32,877 nt of DNA from a virus (lineage: Duplodnaviria; Caudoviricetes). The position numbers and the translations under genes were made by a program. The stretch spans positions 1-32,877 of the IMG/VR virus record IMGVR_UViG_3300038974_000543, one strand, 5' to 3'. Below, piece after piece: positions 13,341 to 27,300 of this stretch (position 1 is its first letter; each line of letters starts with the position of its first letter). The notes beneath the pieces are model-generated. The model was not told where the DNA came from. It saw only the letters and a list, made by a program, of their open reading frames with translations, and made no database searches.

Positions 13341-14432
13341 TTAACATATTTCTAAAAATTCATCTATATTTGTTTCGTCGGTATCAATTTCCGATGCCAT
13401 CCAAACATTATCTAACTCTCCATCAGTAATAGAGTTGGAAATATTTCCATCTTTACTTACGTTTTTAAGAGCATTCAATACTATAATTGTTTGTTCAATT
13501 AATAATTTGTTAGATTTTGTATCTGAAGGACTTGTTTTCCCTTCTAAAGCAAGTTCAAGTTTTTGATAAACTGAATATCTAGGATCTGATGTAGTAAGAG
13601 TAGATTTAATTTTTGCAATTTCATTTTTCCAAACTTCTTCAGGACTAGTTGCACCAATTCTTTCATTTAATTTACTTACTGGCAAAATAATTAATTCTTC
13701 AAAAGTTCCTTTATTTTCAACTAATAATTTGTTAATTAGTTTAGCTTTTTCTATTTTACTTAAAAGTAATTCTTTTGAATCTTCTGGTTCTGAAGGAATG
13801 ATTGTTTTAGAATTAAATTTAATTTTGTTTAACTCATTAGATAATTTAATTATTTCTTGAGCAACTTCATCATTTTTTTGTCTTACTAAATCAACAGCTT
13901 CTTTAATTTCATCAATTGATTTATTGGAAGTTGCAATAATATTTTTCAATTGAGCAATTCCTGATTTTTTACCAAATGGTAATTTCAAATATCTTATTAC
14001 TTCAACTACTTCAGAATCATCTATATTAGATGGGTCATTTAAAAATCGTTTCTTTTCCTCAGTAGATTCTGTTCCTTCTGAAACAATATCTCTTAAATCA
14101 AGTAATAATCTTGGACCTTCTGGAGATAATCTGGTATATAACATATCAACCATTGTTTCATCATTGGTACTTACTCCAATTTCTTTAGTTATAGGATTTC
14201 ATTCTTTTGGAATATTATAATAGATTTCGGATTTTTTACTTTTTCAAAATGCAATTACTCCATCAATTACTTCTAAGAATCTTTTATCTATATTTGCTCC
14301 AATTACATTTTCTTTAACTCTTTTATCTAATGCTTTTTCTAATTTAAAGATATTTCAAAATGCGCTAAACCAATATTTATTTTCTGGTTTTCTTAATAAC
14401 TCATTTATAATTTTATCTTTAATTAGTTGCAT
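13341..14432 (-). CDS. 363-aa ORF ending FLEIC; a separate gene or the frameshifted C-terminus of the upstream helicase-domain protein
   Basis: ATG at 14432 overlaps the upstream stop (14419). Three in-frame TGA lie before track ORF 13341..14153. TAA at 13341. Confidence 0.65.
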
Positions 14433-17400
14433 CTTTATTTCCAGATTCAACCTCTTTTTTAATAGCAAGATAAACATTTTTCATACCTGTTCTACTATAA
14501 GTAATTGCATCTAAAACAGATAATTTTAACTCTTTTCCTAAATCTTTAAATAATGTTCTAATCATTACTTCGTTAGCAGGATTATTTTTTTCTTTAAAGA
14601 TTTGATCTAATCATGTTTCTCCATCACTAAGCATTTGATCAAATAATTCTTTACCTTTTGGGTCAATTGACATTCCAATAAGTAAATCTAATACATCGTT
14701 TCCACTAAATAATGATCCTGCTTCAGCTTGAACTTTTGCAAGTCTTTTTGCTTTTTCTGGATCTTTTCCAGTTTTAGATGTATTAGCAATTATTCTTTCA
14801 TGTAAACTAGTTGATTCTCCATCTCCATTGATTATTTTTTCAACTTGATTTCAATTTCGTTTTTCACTATGTAATGTTATAAATCTTATTGTAGATCCTT
14901 CAGATTTAATTAAAGATTCTGAATCATTTATGAAAGATACTGCAACATATGGTTTTCCTTTTCTTCCAGAATTTGGTTTAGAAGGATCTCCATTAAATGA
15001 ATTTCTAATTGCAATTTCATCTTCAACACTAATAGCTCTTCCAAAAAATGTAGATTTGAATAATTTTACATAATCTTCTTCATTTGTAGGGAAGAAATTA
15101 ATCTGAGGAGCAGTTACATGTTTAAGATTTTTATCAAAAAACATAATTCCTGGAACATTTGTTAAATCTCTCAAAGAAATATGTTTATTTCGAATAGATG
15201 GATCAGTTCAAAGTCTTGTAGAAGTAAGTGGTAATAATTTATTGATATCAGGAATAACTATTGTTTTTCCAATTTCAGCATTATTAAATAATGTTTTATA
15301 AACATTAATTACCTCTTTTCTATCTGGAAATTTATTAAATACTGTATCAACTGTTTTTTGAACAGTTTCTAATGTAGGAAATGCTCCCAAATGTAAATAA
15401 TATTCATCTCCAGTTTTGGTATTTACTAGTTTCATTGCAAGACTTAAATACTTACTATCTTTTGCAAGATGAGCTTCAGGTCTATCGTAATGTAATTCTC
15501 TAGGTTTATTAGAACTATCTTTGTAAGAGTCTACTGTAATTACAAAACTTTGTTCTATTTCATTTAAAACTATTGTTCCATCTCCAAATACTTCTTTAAT
15601 TAAATCAATTGATGCTTTTCTTTTGTTTAATACATCATATTTTGATCTAACAATAAAATCCATCTTTTGTTTATATTGTTGTTTTGTAAGTTTTAATGAA
15701 GTTTTATTTTGTAATTTTAATAGATAATCTAATCCTGATGAAATTTTATTTCCATTTGAATCATTTGCTGAATATCTACTATTTAAATTTTTACTAATAA
15801 TTACATCATCTCCTGATTCACTAGTATCTATATTTACATCATTATAGAAAGTATGAATCATGATATTTTTAGATCCGGTATATTTTCCTTCACTATATTT
15901 TGTAAGTGCAAATTTTACAACAGGATTGTCAATTAAGCCTTCAACTTTAGAATCATCTACATCTACAGAATCATCTGTTGATATTGTAGTTTCTTCTGAA
16001 ATTGATGCTGGTATATCTGCACTTGCGTTAAACTTAAAGTCAGATGATAAATTTGTTTTACCTTCAAGAATTGTTTTTAATTCATTCTCTCTTGTGTCTT
16101 TAAGTTCTTTTATTGTTTCTTCTGACATTGGAGAAAGTTCTTCAGTAGCTCTATCTGCTTTGTCATATAGTTTTATTTCATTTCCTCCAAATTCAATCGG
16201 CTGATCATTTACAATAACTGTTCCATTTTTTGCTCTTGATGAAAATGTATAAATTGCTTTTAAAGCATCAAATACACTCTTTTCTTTAATAGAAGATGTA
16301 TTAAATATAAAATAATCAAATTCTTGTCCTTGAACTTTATTTGGAGAAATAATTTTATAATTAGATTCTTTAATTCCAGCTGATTCTAATTTTGATTTTA
16401 AATCATCTGAAATATCTCCAGACTCATTTGCAAGTATTCCAACCATTTTAGCTGGGTTAGCTTTTATATTATTAGAGATACTTGCTAATACATCTAACGG
16501 AACTGTTTCTTTTACAATTCTACTTCCATTAAAAGTATTAACATCTTGGAAATATTTTAAATTAATTCCTTCTGATAATTCAAAATCAAATACTTTTTGA
16601 GTAGAAACATTTTTATTTTCCCAATATCTAGATACCGACCTAATATATGATGATAATATGTCATTATTATCACGTTGTTGATTATTTTGAGCTCTAATTG
16701 TCAAGAATAAATTAGGAGCAAATATTCCTGAAACTCTTCCGACATTATAATTTATTTCATTTAAATCAACCCCTCTTTGAAGTATATCTCCAGCTGCAAA
16801 AACTTTTATAATCTTTCCATCTGCCCCAGCTCTTCTAACAACTTCATTAATAAGTTCTAATTCTAAAGCAGTGTAATGACTAGTTTCATCAATAAATATA
16901 ATATCTGGTAAATTAGTAGGAATAGTTATTGGCAATTCAAACAAAGGAGTTTTTCAAATAAGTGTTGATAAATCTTCATTTGCAATTTTAAGAACGCTTC
17001 CTTCTTTACTAGAACTTAGTCCAAATTTAGGATCTGTATCGTTATTAACAGATTGAACAATTTCTTTAATTCCTAATTCTTCGAATAATTTATTTTTAGA
17101 AAAAGTTTTACTTCCAAATCTACTTTCGTCAAATCCGCCAAGAACATCAGATTTTAATTTATTAGCTTGTTCAGATTCTGGACCAGAAAATCATAAATCC
17201 ATGTGTTGATTAGATTGCTGTAATATCGATAGTAACAATTTGTACATTACTGTTGTTTTTCCAGTTCCTGCATTTCCTATAATAAATGTAATCAATGATG
17301 CATCATGTGTTAAAGTTTCATTCTCATTATCTCCTTTAAAGATTGGAGAAATATCCCTTAGTACATCAGTAAATAAATCTTTATTTACAAGCGATGCATA

Positions 17401-20400
17401 CATTATCTTTATTCCTAATTCCTGAGTAAAGAATGGAGCTTTGTCAAAGTTAGTTCTTAAAGCATTTAATAGTTTAATATTAAAATCTCTAGCATTTACT
17501 GACATCGCAGACAATAAATAAAGTAACATATCATTATTACTTATTGATTGAATATCTTTTGTTATTTCATCAGATCCATCCTTAGAATATATTGTATCAA
17601 GAACATTATCATATTGAAAAACATTTGCAAATTGTTTTCCTAAAGCTAATTTATCTTCATACTTTAAATCTTTAGTATTATTATATAACGCTTCTTCAAT
17701 TAATAGTAATTTATGTTCGTCAGATTTATTTGATTTTAAAATATCATCTAATTCTGGGATTACAGGACTTCCTGCGGCAATTATATTTTTGGTAGCAAGT
17801 TCTTGTCAATTTTTCAATAGCAATTTATTGAATTTTGTTTTAATCAACGCTTGTTGCTTAGATAATATACCAGAATTATATTTAGACAAATCTTTAAAGA
17901 ATCCTAATTTATTTTTAAGTCTTGCAATATCTTGTAACATTAATTGAACCATATCTGAAGATACTGTTTCAACTTTAGAGATTTCTGAATCAATTTTATT
18001 ACGTTTTGCAAATCCTTGTATTGAAGCAATTAATCCATAAGGATCTCCATAAGATAAAGTAGTTGTACTCAATGCCCCAAATACTGATTCTAGTAGTTTT
18101 AATCTGTCTAATGCAGCATTTAATTCTTCTATTTTTACTCCTGAAGCAAAGTAAGCATCCACTGATGAACCATTAAGCAATTTAGCCTGTTCTGATTCTA
18201 AGATGTTCCACAACTTCTCTACTTGTATTGTTGAACCTTGAGACAAAAATACATCAAATTTTCTTAATAAATTGTATATTGTATTTTCTTTATAATTTTT
18301 TCCATCCTCAATAGTTTCAACTAAATCTTTTATTGGAGTAAGTGAGTTTTTATTACGTAATACTTTTTCAACAAGTGTTATAACTTGTGATAAACTATTT
18401 ACCATTTTGTCTTGACCATGTTCATCAGCATTTATAATTTGATCAAGAATTCTTGTAAATACTTCAGTATACTCTTTAGGGAGTTTACTTATTCCTTCAG
18501 AATAATTATCGAGTACTTCATCAATATTTCCATCACCACTATTCTTAGATAATGTTGTTCTTAAAGTTTTAACTAATAGATTTAATTCTGAATCAGACAA
18601 TGATACTAAATTTATAATATCTTGATTATTAAAAGAAAATGTTTTAGATGATGCAACAATAGGAGATAAGTATTTGTTAATAATTTCTCTAGCAGTATTT
18701 AATAATTCTCCATCAAGATTTTTATTATCTTTAAGCTCTTTAATGATAACTGGTAAAACTGAGTCAAGAGTTCCAAAAATACTTGGAGAATTAGCAAGCA
18801 AGTTAGTTTCTACTTCATTTAATTCTGCTTTAAATTCATTATATATTCTTGCTTCATCATTATATCGCAATACTTCGTTATTTATTACAACCTTTGCATT
18901 ATTTATTGCATTGTTAAATTCAGCTATTGCATTTTTTACTGAACGTTTTGTTCCTTTATATTTTCCACCATTTAAGATTGTCTGAATTTCTTCAGGTTCT
19001 AGATTTCTTTTTTCTAGTTCTGCTTCAAGTTTTTCAAATATAGATGCAATATCAAGATTTAACCCTAATGCATAATTTAATTTATTCATTAAGTTTACTA
19101 AATCTCGTAATGGCAAATCTTCTGGGATTTGAGATTGAGTTACTACTTTTGGTAAACTTTTAAATCTTTCAATTATTGCAGAAGTATATTTAGGGTTCGA
19201 TGCCTGAAGTTCTAAACTTGCGTTATATAAATTTTCTTTAAATTGCTCAGTTTCATTAAATTTTATCAATTTAGCGTTCAATAAATGTGAATCAATTTCT
19301 TCAGTAATTTCATTAATTCTATCAATTTGAGCTTGGTTTTCAGGATCAAGGGTATTTTTTAATTGATTCATTTCTTGAATTAAAGGATCCAATTGTTCTT
19401 TTTTAGAATCAATAACTGACTTATTAAATTCAGCAACTCTTTGATCATATAACATAGATAAGATTTCGTAGTTAAGTTTATCAGGAGGTAATTCAGCAAT
19501 AGTATTTGCTAAAATATTTTCAGCAATTTCTTTCTTGGTTAATTTTTGTTCACCAATTTCCATTACCTCATTTTGTTTTTCAACTTTAAACCCTGTAGAA
19601 TTAGCATATGTTTTAGCTGCATCTGAAAATACTGCATCTCAAGGAAGAACTCTCTGACCAGTTTTTTCTTCAATCAATTTAGCTTTTGCTAAGAATGATT
19701 GAATTTTAATTGCCGCATTGTCTGATGTATCAAATAAATGTTCAGATAACATTAAATTTAAAACATTTTTGAAAGTTTTCATTCTTTCATTAGCATATCC
19801 AGAACTAATATATTGAGAAGCAACAGGAGCTGCTTTAAGCAATAAATCCTCAAATGCTCTATAAGCAACATCTAAGTATTTATTCATGTCTTTGCTATCT
19901 AAATAATCTTTAAATTCTTTATCAACAGATTCTTTAGTTGTTCCAATTCCCGAGTCTCTTAAATCATTAAAACTTTTGTTATATTTAACTCTTGTAAATG
20001 TTTCTTTATCAATTGCAACTCATGGTTCACTAACTACTTTACTTAAATAAAATACTGATTTTTTAAAATATTCTTCAGCTTTTTCACCACTTAATAAAGC
20101 ATTTACATTATCTTTATAAATTTTTCTTTCATCAGATAATTCTTTAATGATTTCTTTATTTTCATCAGATTTTTCACTAAGTGAATTTATTTTTGCAGTA
20201 AGGTCAACAATTTTAGCAACATTGTCTTTATAATCTTTAAGAACCATTCCCTCAATTCCAACTCTAGAGTCACCTTTAAAAGCATTTAAATCTTTAATTA
20301 TCATGTAATCTCTGATTGCTTTGCTCACAATTTCCTCATCTGTGTGGGCCAATCCTTGAGAATTGATAATTCCGTCAATTGTATTTACAATATCGATAGC

Positions 20401-22500
20401 TCTTCCTGCAATAATATCAGCTTGAGATAATACAGTTTTTCCATCCGCAACATCATATGTTCCATCATCTTTAATTGGTCCAATATAACTATTTCCTCAT
20501 TTAGATTTTTGAGAAGCAATTATATTAATAATTTCATCTTTTTGACCATTTGCAATAAAATGATATAAATCTTCTTTGGTATCGTTATTTATAATGTCTC
20601 TTCTTTCAATAATATTATCAAGTTTACTTCTTTGAAATTCGAACATGGCTCCACCAAGTAAACCTCCAACAAAATTAGCAAGATAATTTTCTAATCCTTG
20701 TTCGCTAAATACATTTCCTCATCCTCCAAATGAACCTTTTTTATCAGTTAATCCTAAATAGGACATTGTATCGATTATACCTTTTGTTGCATCTAATACA
20801 ACTTGTTCGGTAACTTCTTCAACCCCTTCTACTAATGCATTTTTCCACATAGCCTCTCCTATTACAGAAGGAGTTAAGAAAGTATTTTCAATACTTCCTT
20901 TCATTTTAGAAAATACTTGTGACAACTTAGCTTTTCCAGAAACTACATCTTTTCCAACAATTGTAAACCCTTCTTCAACTTCATCTAATAAAGGAAGAAT
21001 TGATTTTCTCATTAATGCCTTATTTGTTTCAAGACTATATCCTGTAGTTTTATCTAAGAACCAGTCTCCCATTCTATTGTTCATCATGATTCCGTATTGC
21101 CCAGCTGCTGCTACAAGAGCTGCAAATCCAGCAGTTCTTCTATCGTATCCACCTTGTATAGCTTGTCCATAAATATCAGCAGATTGAGTAAGTGCCATAT
21201 ATCCTAATGATAAACTTTTAGCTAATTTACTCTGAGTTTTAATAACTGAATCAAGTTCTGGAATTTTTTTAATGGCTAAGTTTCTAAGTTTTTCAAAATC
21301 TTTAATATCAATTTTTCCAGCCATTGCACTTTGTGCCAATTCCATATCAACTTTTTTAAGAAGTTCAGCATTTTTCCCAGATATTTTATTTAAACTTGGT
21401 TTCATTATCAAATGAGATAATGTTGCTGCTGCTCTTTGTTCATATATTTGACTGAATATGTCACCTGTCATTTGAGCAATTTGCTCATAATTAAAAAATG
21501 ATTCCTGTGCTTTATCAGACACTGAAATTTGATTGAATTTGGCCATATAGTTTTCAGCAGATGTCGCTACATCACTTAATGATGTTTTTTTATCTCCTGC
21601 AAGGATTCCTTCAAATGCTTTATAAAAAGTTGGCAAGATTGATGATAAACCTAATGCAGCTTTAAGACCACCATATACTGTATTTACTCCAGGAATAAAA
21701 AATGGAGCAATTTCAATAGCTAATTTAGCAGTAGTTTTTAGCATAGATTTTTCTCTACTATCAGAGTCAAATACATCAAATTTATTTGCAAATGATCCAT
21801 CAGTAGTGAGCATATCCATAGGGTTAACTACTTGTTTTCCATAAAGTTCTCTATTACCTAATGTTTCTAAATATAGATTTCCATCATCATCCGTTTTCCA
21901 ATCTCCTTTTTTATGATTTACGGTTCTTCCTGATTCTGGATCTAAATGAGTTCCATCTTCATCCCATTGAGCATAAACTAAGGTTTCTCCAAAAAACTTA
22001 TCAAATATATTTTTATCATTTGCAGATAATTCAGATCATTGTCCGGTTTTAGTATCAAATATTTTATTTTGTTGAGCTAATTCTCTAAGAGATAATCCAT
22101 TGTCATCTACTGAATTGACTCCAGTCCTGCTATATAATTGTTTAAATGGATTAAAATCTTTTGTATATTCTACACTTGTATCAAAAGTTTTTGATCCAAT
22201 TGGACGACTTATATCAAATGGGCTATATACTGCTTCAGTTAATTCACTTAAATAAGTTTCATCTGACATCTCTTTATAATGTGAAGCTGCAATATCATAT
22301 GCATTATTAAATGCAATTTCATCAAACTGTCCTTTATCATCTTTGAATGTATCTTGAACAAATTTTGACTCTTTATATTGGTCTTTTGAAAATAAAGATG
22401 TATTGTTTGGGTTAAGTTGCGCTGACATAAAATCATAAGTTGTAGACTTAGGATTGTTTAATGAAGCAACAAATATATCATTAGGTTTTAATATTTCCAT
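14419..22500 (-). CDS. Giant virion/ejected protein with SF1 helicase-like domain, 2693 aa (TGA=Trp)
   Basis: ATG 22500 (MEILKPND) to TAA 14419. Eight track ORFs are in frame, joined via 11 TGA. The N-terminal YAQWDEDGTHLDP..HKKG..ETLGNRELYGKQV block resembles crAss-like large proteins as I recall them. The centre is coiled-coil-like, followed by helicase motifs. Confidence 0.85.
16200..17300 (-). other. Superfamily 1 (RecD/UvrD-like) helicase motifs
   Basis: Walker A GNAGTGKT (17254-17277), Walker B IIFIDE (about 16885-16902), motif III AAGDILQ, IV LTIRAQN, V KVQGQEFD, VI YTFSSRAK (about 16228-16251), all in the correct order. Confidence 0.8.
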
Positions 22501-22504
22501 ATCA

Positions 22505-24355
22505 TTATTGATTTAAAACAGATGCACTAGTTTGTCCATAAACAGGCTGATTAGAATTAAGGAGGTTTGTTTGATAAGTTGCTATATTTTGAACTTGCTC
22601 TCTTGGACCTTGGTCAACCATAGCATTTACAATTCCTGCTGCATTTGCTCTATATGGTATAGCAACCATTCCTTTATAATAATCTTCTCACAGAAGTAAT
22701 TTATCAGGAGTAATATTCTTAGCTGATTTTCCCTCACCTCTTGTCCAGGCTTGTGTTATTTTTGGCATAAGCATATCTTTCTCATTTGAAGATAGTTTAA
22801 TTAATCCTCCTTCATTATCGTCAGTTAAATCTGTTGCATCATTTGTAATTGCGTACATTACAAGAAATGGTTTAACATAGGCATTATCTCTCATTATTTT
22901 TACTTTTTCTCCATCTTGAATTGATTCATCTATTTGAATATTATATCCATTTTTTCTAAAATATGCAGATGACTGTGCAGCACTTCATGATTTTTTATTT
23001 GCGTCATATACAGCATAAATTTCTTTAAACTTAGCAAATGATTTATAATCAGGTGCCCCACTTGCATCTACTGGCATATATACTTTTGCAGCATCTGCTC
23101 CATCATATATAAGTTGTTGAAACTCAGCGGGATTTACTTTCTTATCTCCAAAAAATACATTATTTGTATCAACGATTTGGTTATATCCTGCTCCAGTAAA
23201 TATATTATCTATTGTTGTCATTCCTATACTTTTCCCATCAGCTGTAATAATTGGAGAAACTCCACCAATTGCACCTCTAAATAATACTCCTAATTTTGGA
23301 TCATTAAATCCAAATTTAAGATTCGGAGTAGCCAATTTATCATTGTGGAATATCTGAAATTGAGTAAGTGATTTTTGAGAACTTGCTCCACCTTGGCCAG
23401 CTTCTGATTCAGGAGTTATTTCAGTAGTACGTTTTTCAGTTGTCTGAGTAGAAATCATATCTAATATAAATTCTCTTGGGTCACTTACTCCATTAATTGC
23501 AGCAACCGCTGTTAATTTTTTCTGAGCAGGATCTCCCAATGTTTTCCAAATATACCCAACTGCTTTCATTGCTTGTCTTCTTTCAGAAGATGTTTCAGTT
23601 TTAACTTTATACAGTGAACCTGGTGTATTTGCAATATCCATTAAGGTTCTTACTGCTTCAGCTTCGTCAGCTGTTGGGGTTTTTCCTGCATATTTTCCTA
23701 ACTCTTTAAGAATCTGGTCTTTTGAATATACTTTTGTATCATTCATTTCCTCAGTTCCAAATGCAGAAATTATACTTCTAATATGATCATTTATTTTAGA
23801 TAAACCAATTGCGTTATCGGCAACATTAAATACTGAATTTTGTCCAGTTAATGCAGGATTATATTGTCTCTCATTCATCAATTCAGATACACTTAATAAT
23901 TTAACTGAATCTTTATGTTTTGAATATTCGTCAAGAGATATAGCAATTACTTTATTATTTTTATCTTTTGTGTAAACTTCTCCAGATGTTCCTACCGCTA
24001 CTTCTCCGAGCCCTCCTGCTTCTTTGGCATGAGAAACTGCGTCATTTCACATATTTTTATTCTGGCGAAGTTCGTTTACTTTGCCTATCATTCTTAATGC
24101 AGTAGAACGATTTGCTCCTGAAGAAAACGGGTTAGTAGTAGTTGATTCTAATTCAATTAATTGCTCAACTAATGAATTTACATCATTTACTAATCCTCCC
24201 TTTGTCAACAATTCTTTAAATGTGTCATCATCTAAAATACTTGTTGCAGATTTTGCTTCCGAACTTGTTCCCTGTACCGAAGATCGAGCGGGCATTGTAT
24301 TAATAATGGGGGTGAATGTTGTAAATCCACCCCCTTGAAATTTAATTACCTTCAT
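22505..24355 (-). CDS. Hypothetical virion-associated protein, 616 aa (TGA=Trp)
   Basis: ATG 24355 (MKVIKFQGGG) to TAA 22505. In-frame TGA at 24047, 22985 and 22688 join three track ORFs. Confidence 0.82.
24308..24334 (-). other. RNA hairpin 21 nt downstream of the 24355 start codon
   Basis: mRNA GGGGGUGGAU-UUACAAC-AUUCACCCCC: 10-bp stem containing one G-U pair. Confidence 0.6.
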
Positions 24356-24356
24356 T

Positions 24357-27300
24357 TTATTTAAATACTTTTATTAAAGCTTTTTGTAACATTTCATTAT
24401 TATGCATAATTGCTTTGTAAGCTAGCTCAGTTTCTTTAAGTCTTCTTCTATATTCGCTTTTTTCTCTTTCAATTTCAAGTTTTTCACTTTTCGATAAAGT
24501 TCCTCCTGATTTTAATCCTAATAATGGAAGTTGTAAAGATTGAGCCATTTGAATTCTAGCAATATTATCTGTAAACGTTTTCAAATAATCTTGTTTTTGT
24601 TTAACATTTTCTTGCCATTCTTTATATTCATCAGAATCAGCTCATTCTTTTGCAACTCCTGCAAGTTTAGTTTTATCATAATTTTCTTTCCATCTATCAT
24701 AGTATGATTTTTTTCCTTCTTCTCCTTGAGCAATTTGAACTTGTTCTGCTGCTTTTTTGAATTTAGGATTATCATATGTTTCAAATAATACTCGTTGATT
24801 TTGTTTGTACTCCTTCATCGGAATATTTTTTGATGCAGCTGTAATCAAATTATTTAAATTTGTTGTTTGAGCCATAGTTTCATTAGCATTTACTAAATGA
24901 ATTCCTTTAAATGCACCTGCTGCCAAAGCTCTATTTTTTCCAAGAATTTCAGTATTTGCAGCGTTGACTTTTGCATTAGCTCCCAATTGTTGAGATCTCA
25001 ATTGATCAAATCTTTGTTTGTCCATTGTATTTGCTTTATCAACTATTACACCTGCTTTATCTTCTCCCTCTAATCTAACTGCCAATGACTTATCAATATC
25101 AGATGTTGATTTAGCAATATTTCTAGCTCTTGTTCTAACATTTGCTGCTTGTTTTTGACCAAGTAAAGCATATGGAGAATCAATTCTTATATATTGTTGA
25201 TTCAAGTATGGTATTGAATACATACTTTCAGCAATAGCTCTTCGTTGTTCATTACCAGCTTTTCTATTTCCTGCTCAAGTATTTGCAAACATTGCAATAT
25301 TTGCTATATCTGTTGCATCTGGCATTAATCCTCTTCAATTAAATTTAGATTTTGGATTAGGGTCTACTTTTTTTCCAGTAGTTGTTGTAGAACCTGGAGT
25401 TGAAGTAGTTGGTATACCAGTAAGTTTAGAAATATCAATTTGAGGAGTATTAATTTTAGCAACAGGTAACCCCTGAGGTTTCCCCTCAATTAAAGGCATT
25501 GTTGGTCTTTTTACAATTGATAAATCATGTATAACCCCAGGTTTATAATCAGTAGCTAATTTTTTAAACTGATCTAAGTTTTCTAATTTAAATGAGCTTC
25601 CTGATTTTGTAACAGCCTCTTGAATAAGTGGTTTCATTTCCTCAAATTCTTCAGGAGTTATTGCTTCTACAGCTGATAGATATTCATTTGTATATTTTCC
25701 TGATTTATCAAATCTCCAATCGTTACCAGATTTATCAATATTTCCATAAAATAAATTACCTTCATTTATTGGTTTATGAGACAAATCAAGTTTATTTCCT
25801 CCAACTATTGTATATTTTTTTAAATCAATTCCGTTCTCTGCTTTAATAATTCCCCCTTTTTTCAGAGATGCTGATTCAGCAGATTTAGCTTTTAATTGTT
25901 CTAGAGTAAGTTTTTTCTTTCTTTTAGGAACATCTGGTTTTGCCGGAGCAGGTTTTACCTTCTTTTTAGCTGGAGCGGCTGGTTTAGCTGATTTAGCAGG
26001 TTTTTTAGAAGGAATTACTTGTTCAGCAACTTTTTTAGCTTCTTCTATATTTTTAGCTTCGGTAGATTTATTTAATTCTGCAATTTCTTGCTGAGTTATA
26101 GTTTTAACATCAACTGGTTTACGTTTTCCAGGAAATGGTCTATATAATCCTCCAGATAGTGCCTCATGAGCTCTATTTCATTCTTTTCTTGCACTAATTG
26201 CTGTTTGACTCTCTCTTATTTGAGGTTTTTCATGCAACAATCTTTCTGTACCTTTTACTTCAAATGCACTAAGTTGCATTGGTTTTGAAGGATCAGTTAT
26301 TGTTATTTCCTCAGGTTTAATAGAAGTTCCGTTTTCTTTATTATAAGCATCTGCAATTTTTTGTTGCATTTTAGAATTATAATCTTTAACCGATTCTTGA
26401 GTAGGTTGTTTACCTTTCCAGAATTTTTTCCAATTGAGTTCTTTAGATATTTTATCAACTTCTAAAGAAGATCTTAATTTTGCAGGTTGATTATTAATTA
26501 AAATTTCGAATCCTTTATCCTCTCCTTTAAGATATGTTTGATTAATAATTGCTTTATTAGCTAAGAATCCTTTAATGCTGTTACGTCCAACCAATCCTAA
26601 TTGAGCAAGGCTTCCAATTTCATCAACGGTGATATCTCCAGCTTTTCCTTCTCCACTAAATAATTTACTTCCGATATTTATACCTGAACTTATACCTCCT
26701 GCTGCAACTGGTGCGATCATTGCACGTTTAACCCATTTACCTGTATTTGGATTTTCTATAAGTTTTTCTCCTAAAGATTTTAATTTTTCAGTAGGGTCTT
26801 TAACTCTTAAATTCTTTCCAATTCCAAATGTTTTAGTAGTTTCACTTACAGTTTTAAAATCAGCTTGTAAGGTTTTTGCTAATAATTTTTGTCCTTCTTC
26901 TGAAGCATCTACCCCAAATTGTTTAGCGATTTCCTCACCTTTTCCTTTAGATAACTTTTCAAAAGTTTCTCCTAAAGTTTTAGCAGTTACTTTTTCTCCT
27001 TTTCCTAATACTTCTCCAAGTTTTCCAATATTTTTAGCACTTTCTATAATTTCAGTACCTCCAACTCTCGCAGCTTCTTTTTCTGCAATTTTTGCAATTT
27101 TTCCCAAATCTACTCCTACTTTAGCTTCTTTGGCAACCTTTCCAACTTTAAGTGCAGATTTTAATCACCCTGCTCCAAAAAAAGCTAATCCTGTAAATGC
27201 AAGGTTTGTTGCTAAAGTTCCTGTATCACCCCAAGTTCATCCATCTGCATCGTTTGCTCCTTTTATTGCATCTGCTACAGTGGATACTGCTCCACCAATT

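Noticed and set aside
22431-22455. Imperfect AT-rich inverted repeat after the 22500 start (aatc-a-taagt...actta-g-gatt)
   Set aside because: Weak and expected by chance at this base composition, so not counted among the GC-rich hairpins.
22248-24784. Out-of-frame minus-strand ORFs 22248..22436 and 24581..24784
   Set aside because: Fully nested in alternative frames of longer read-through genes, with atypical composition.
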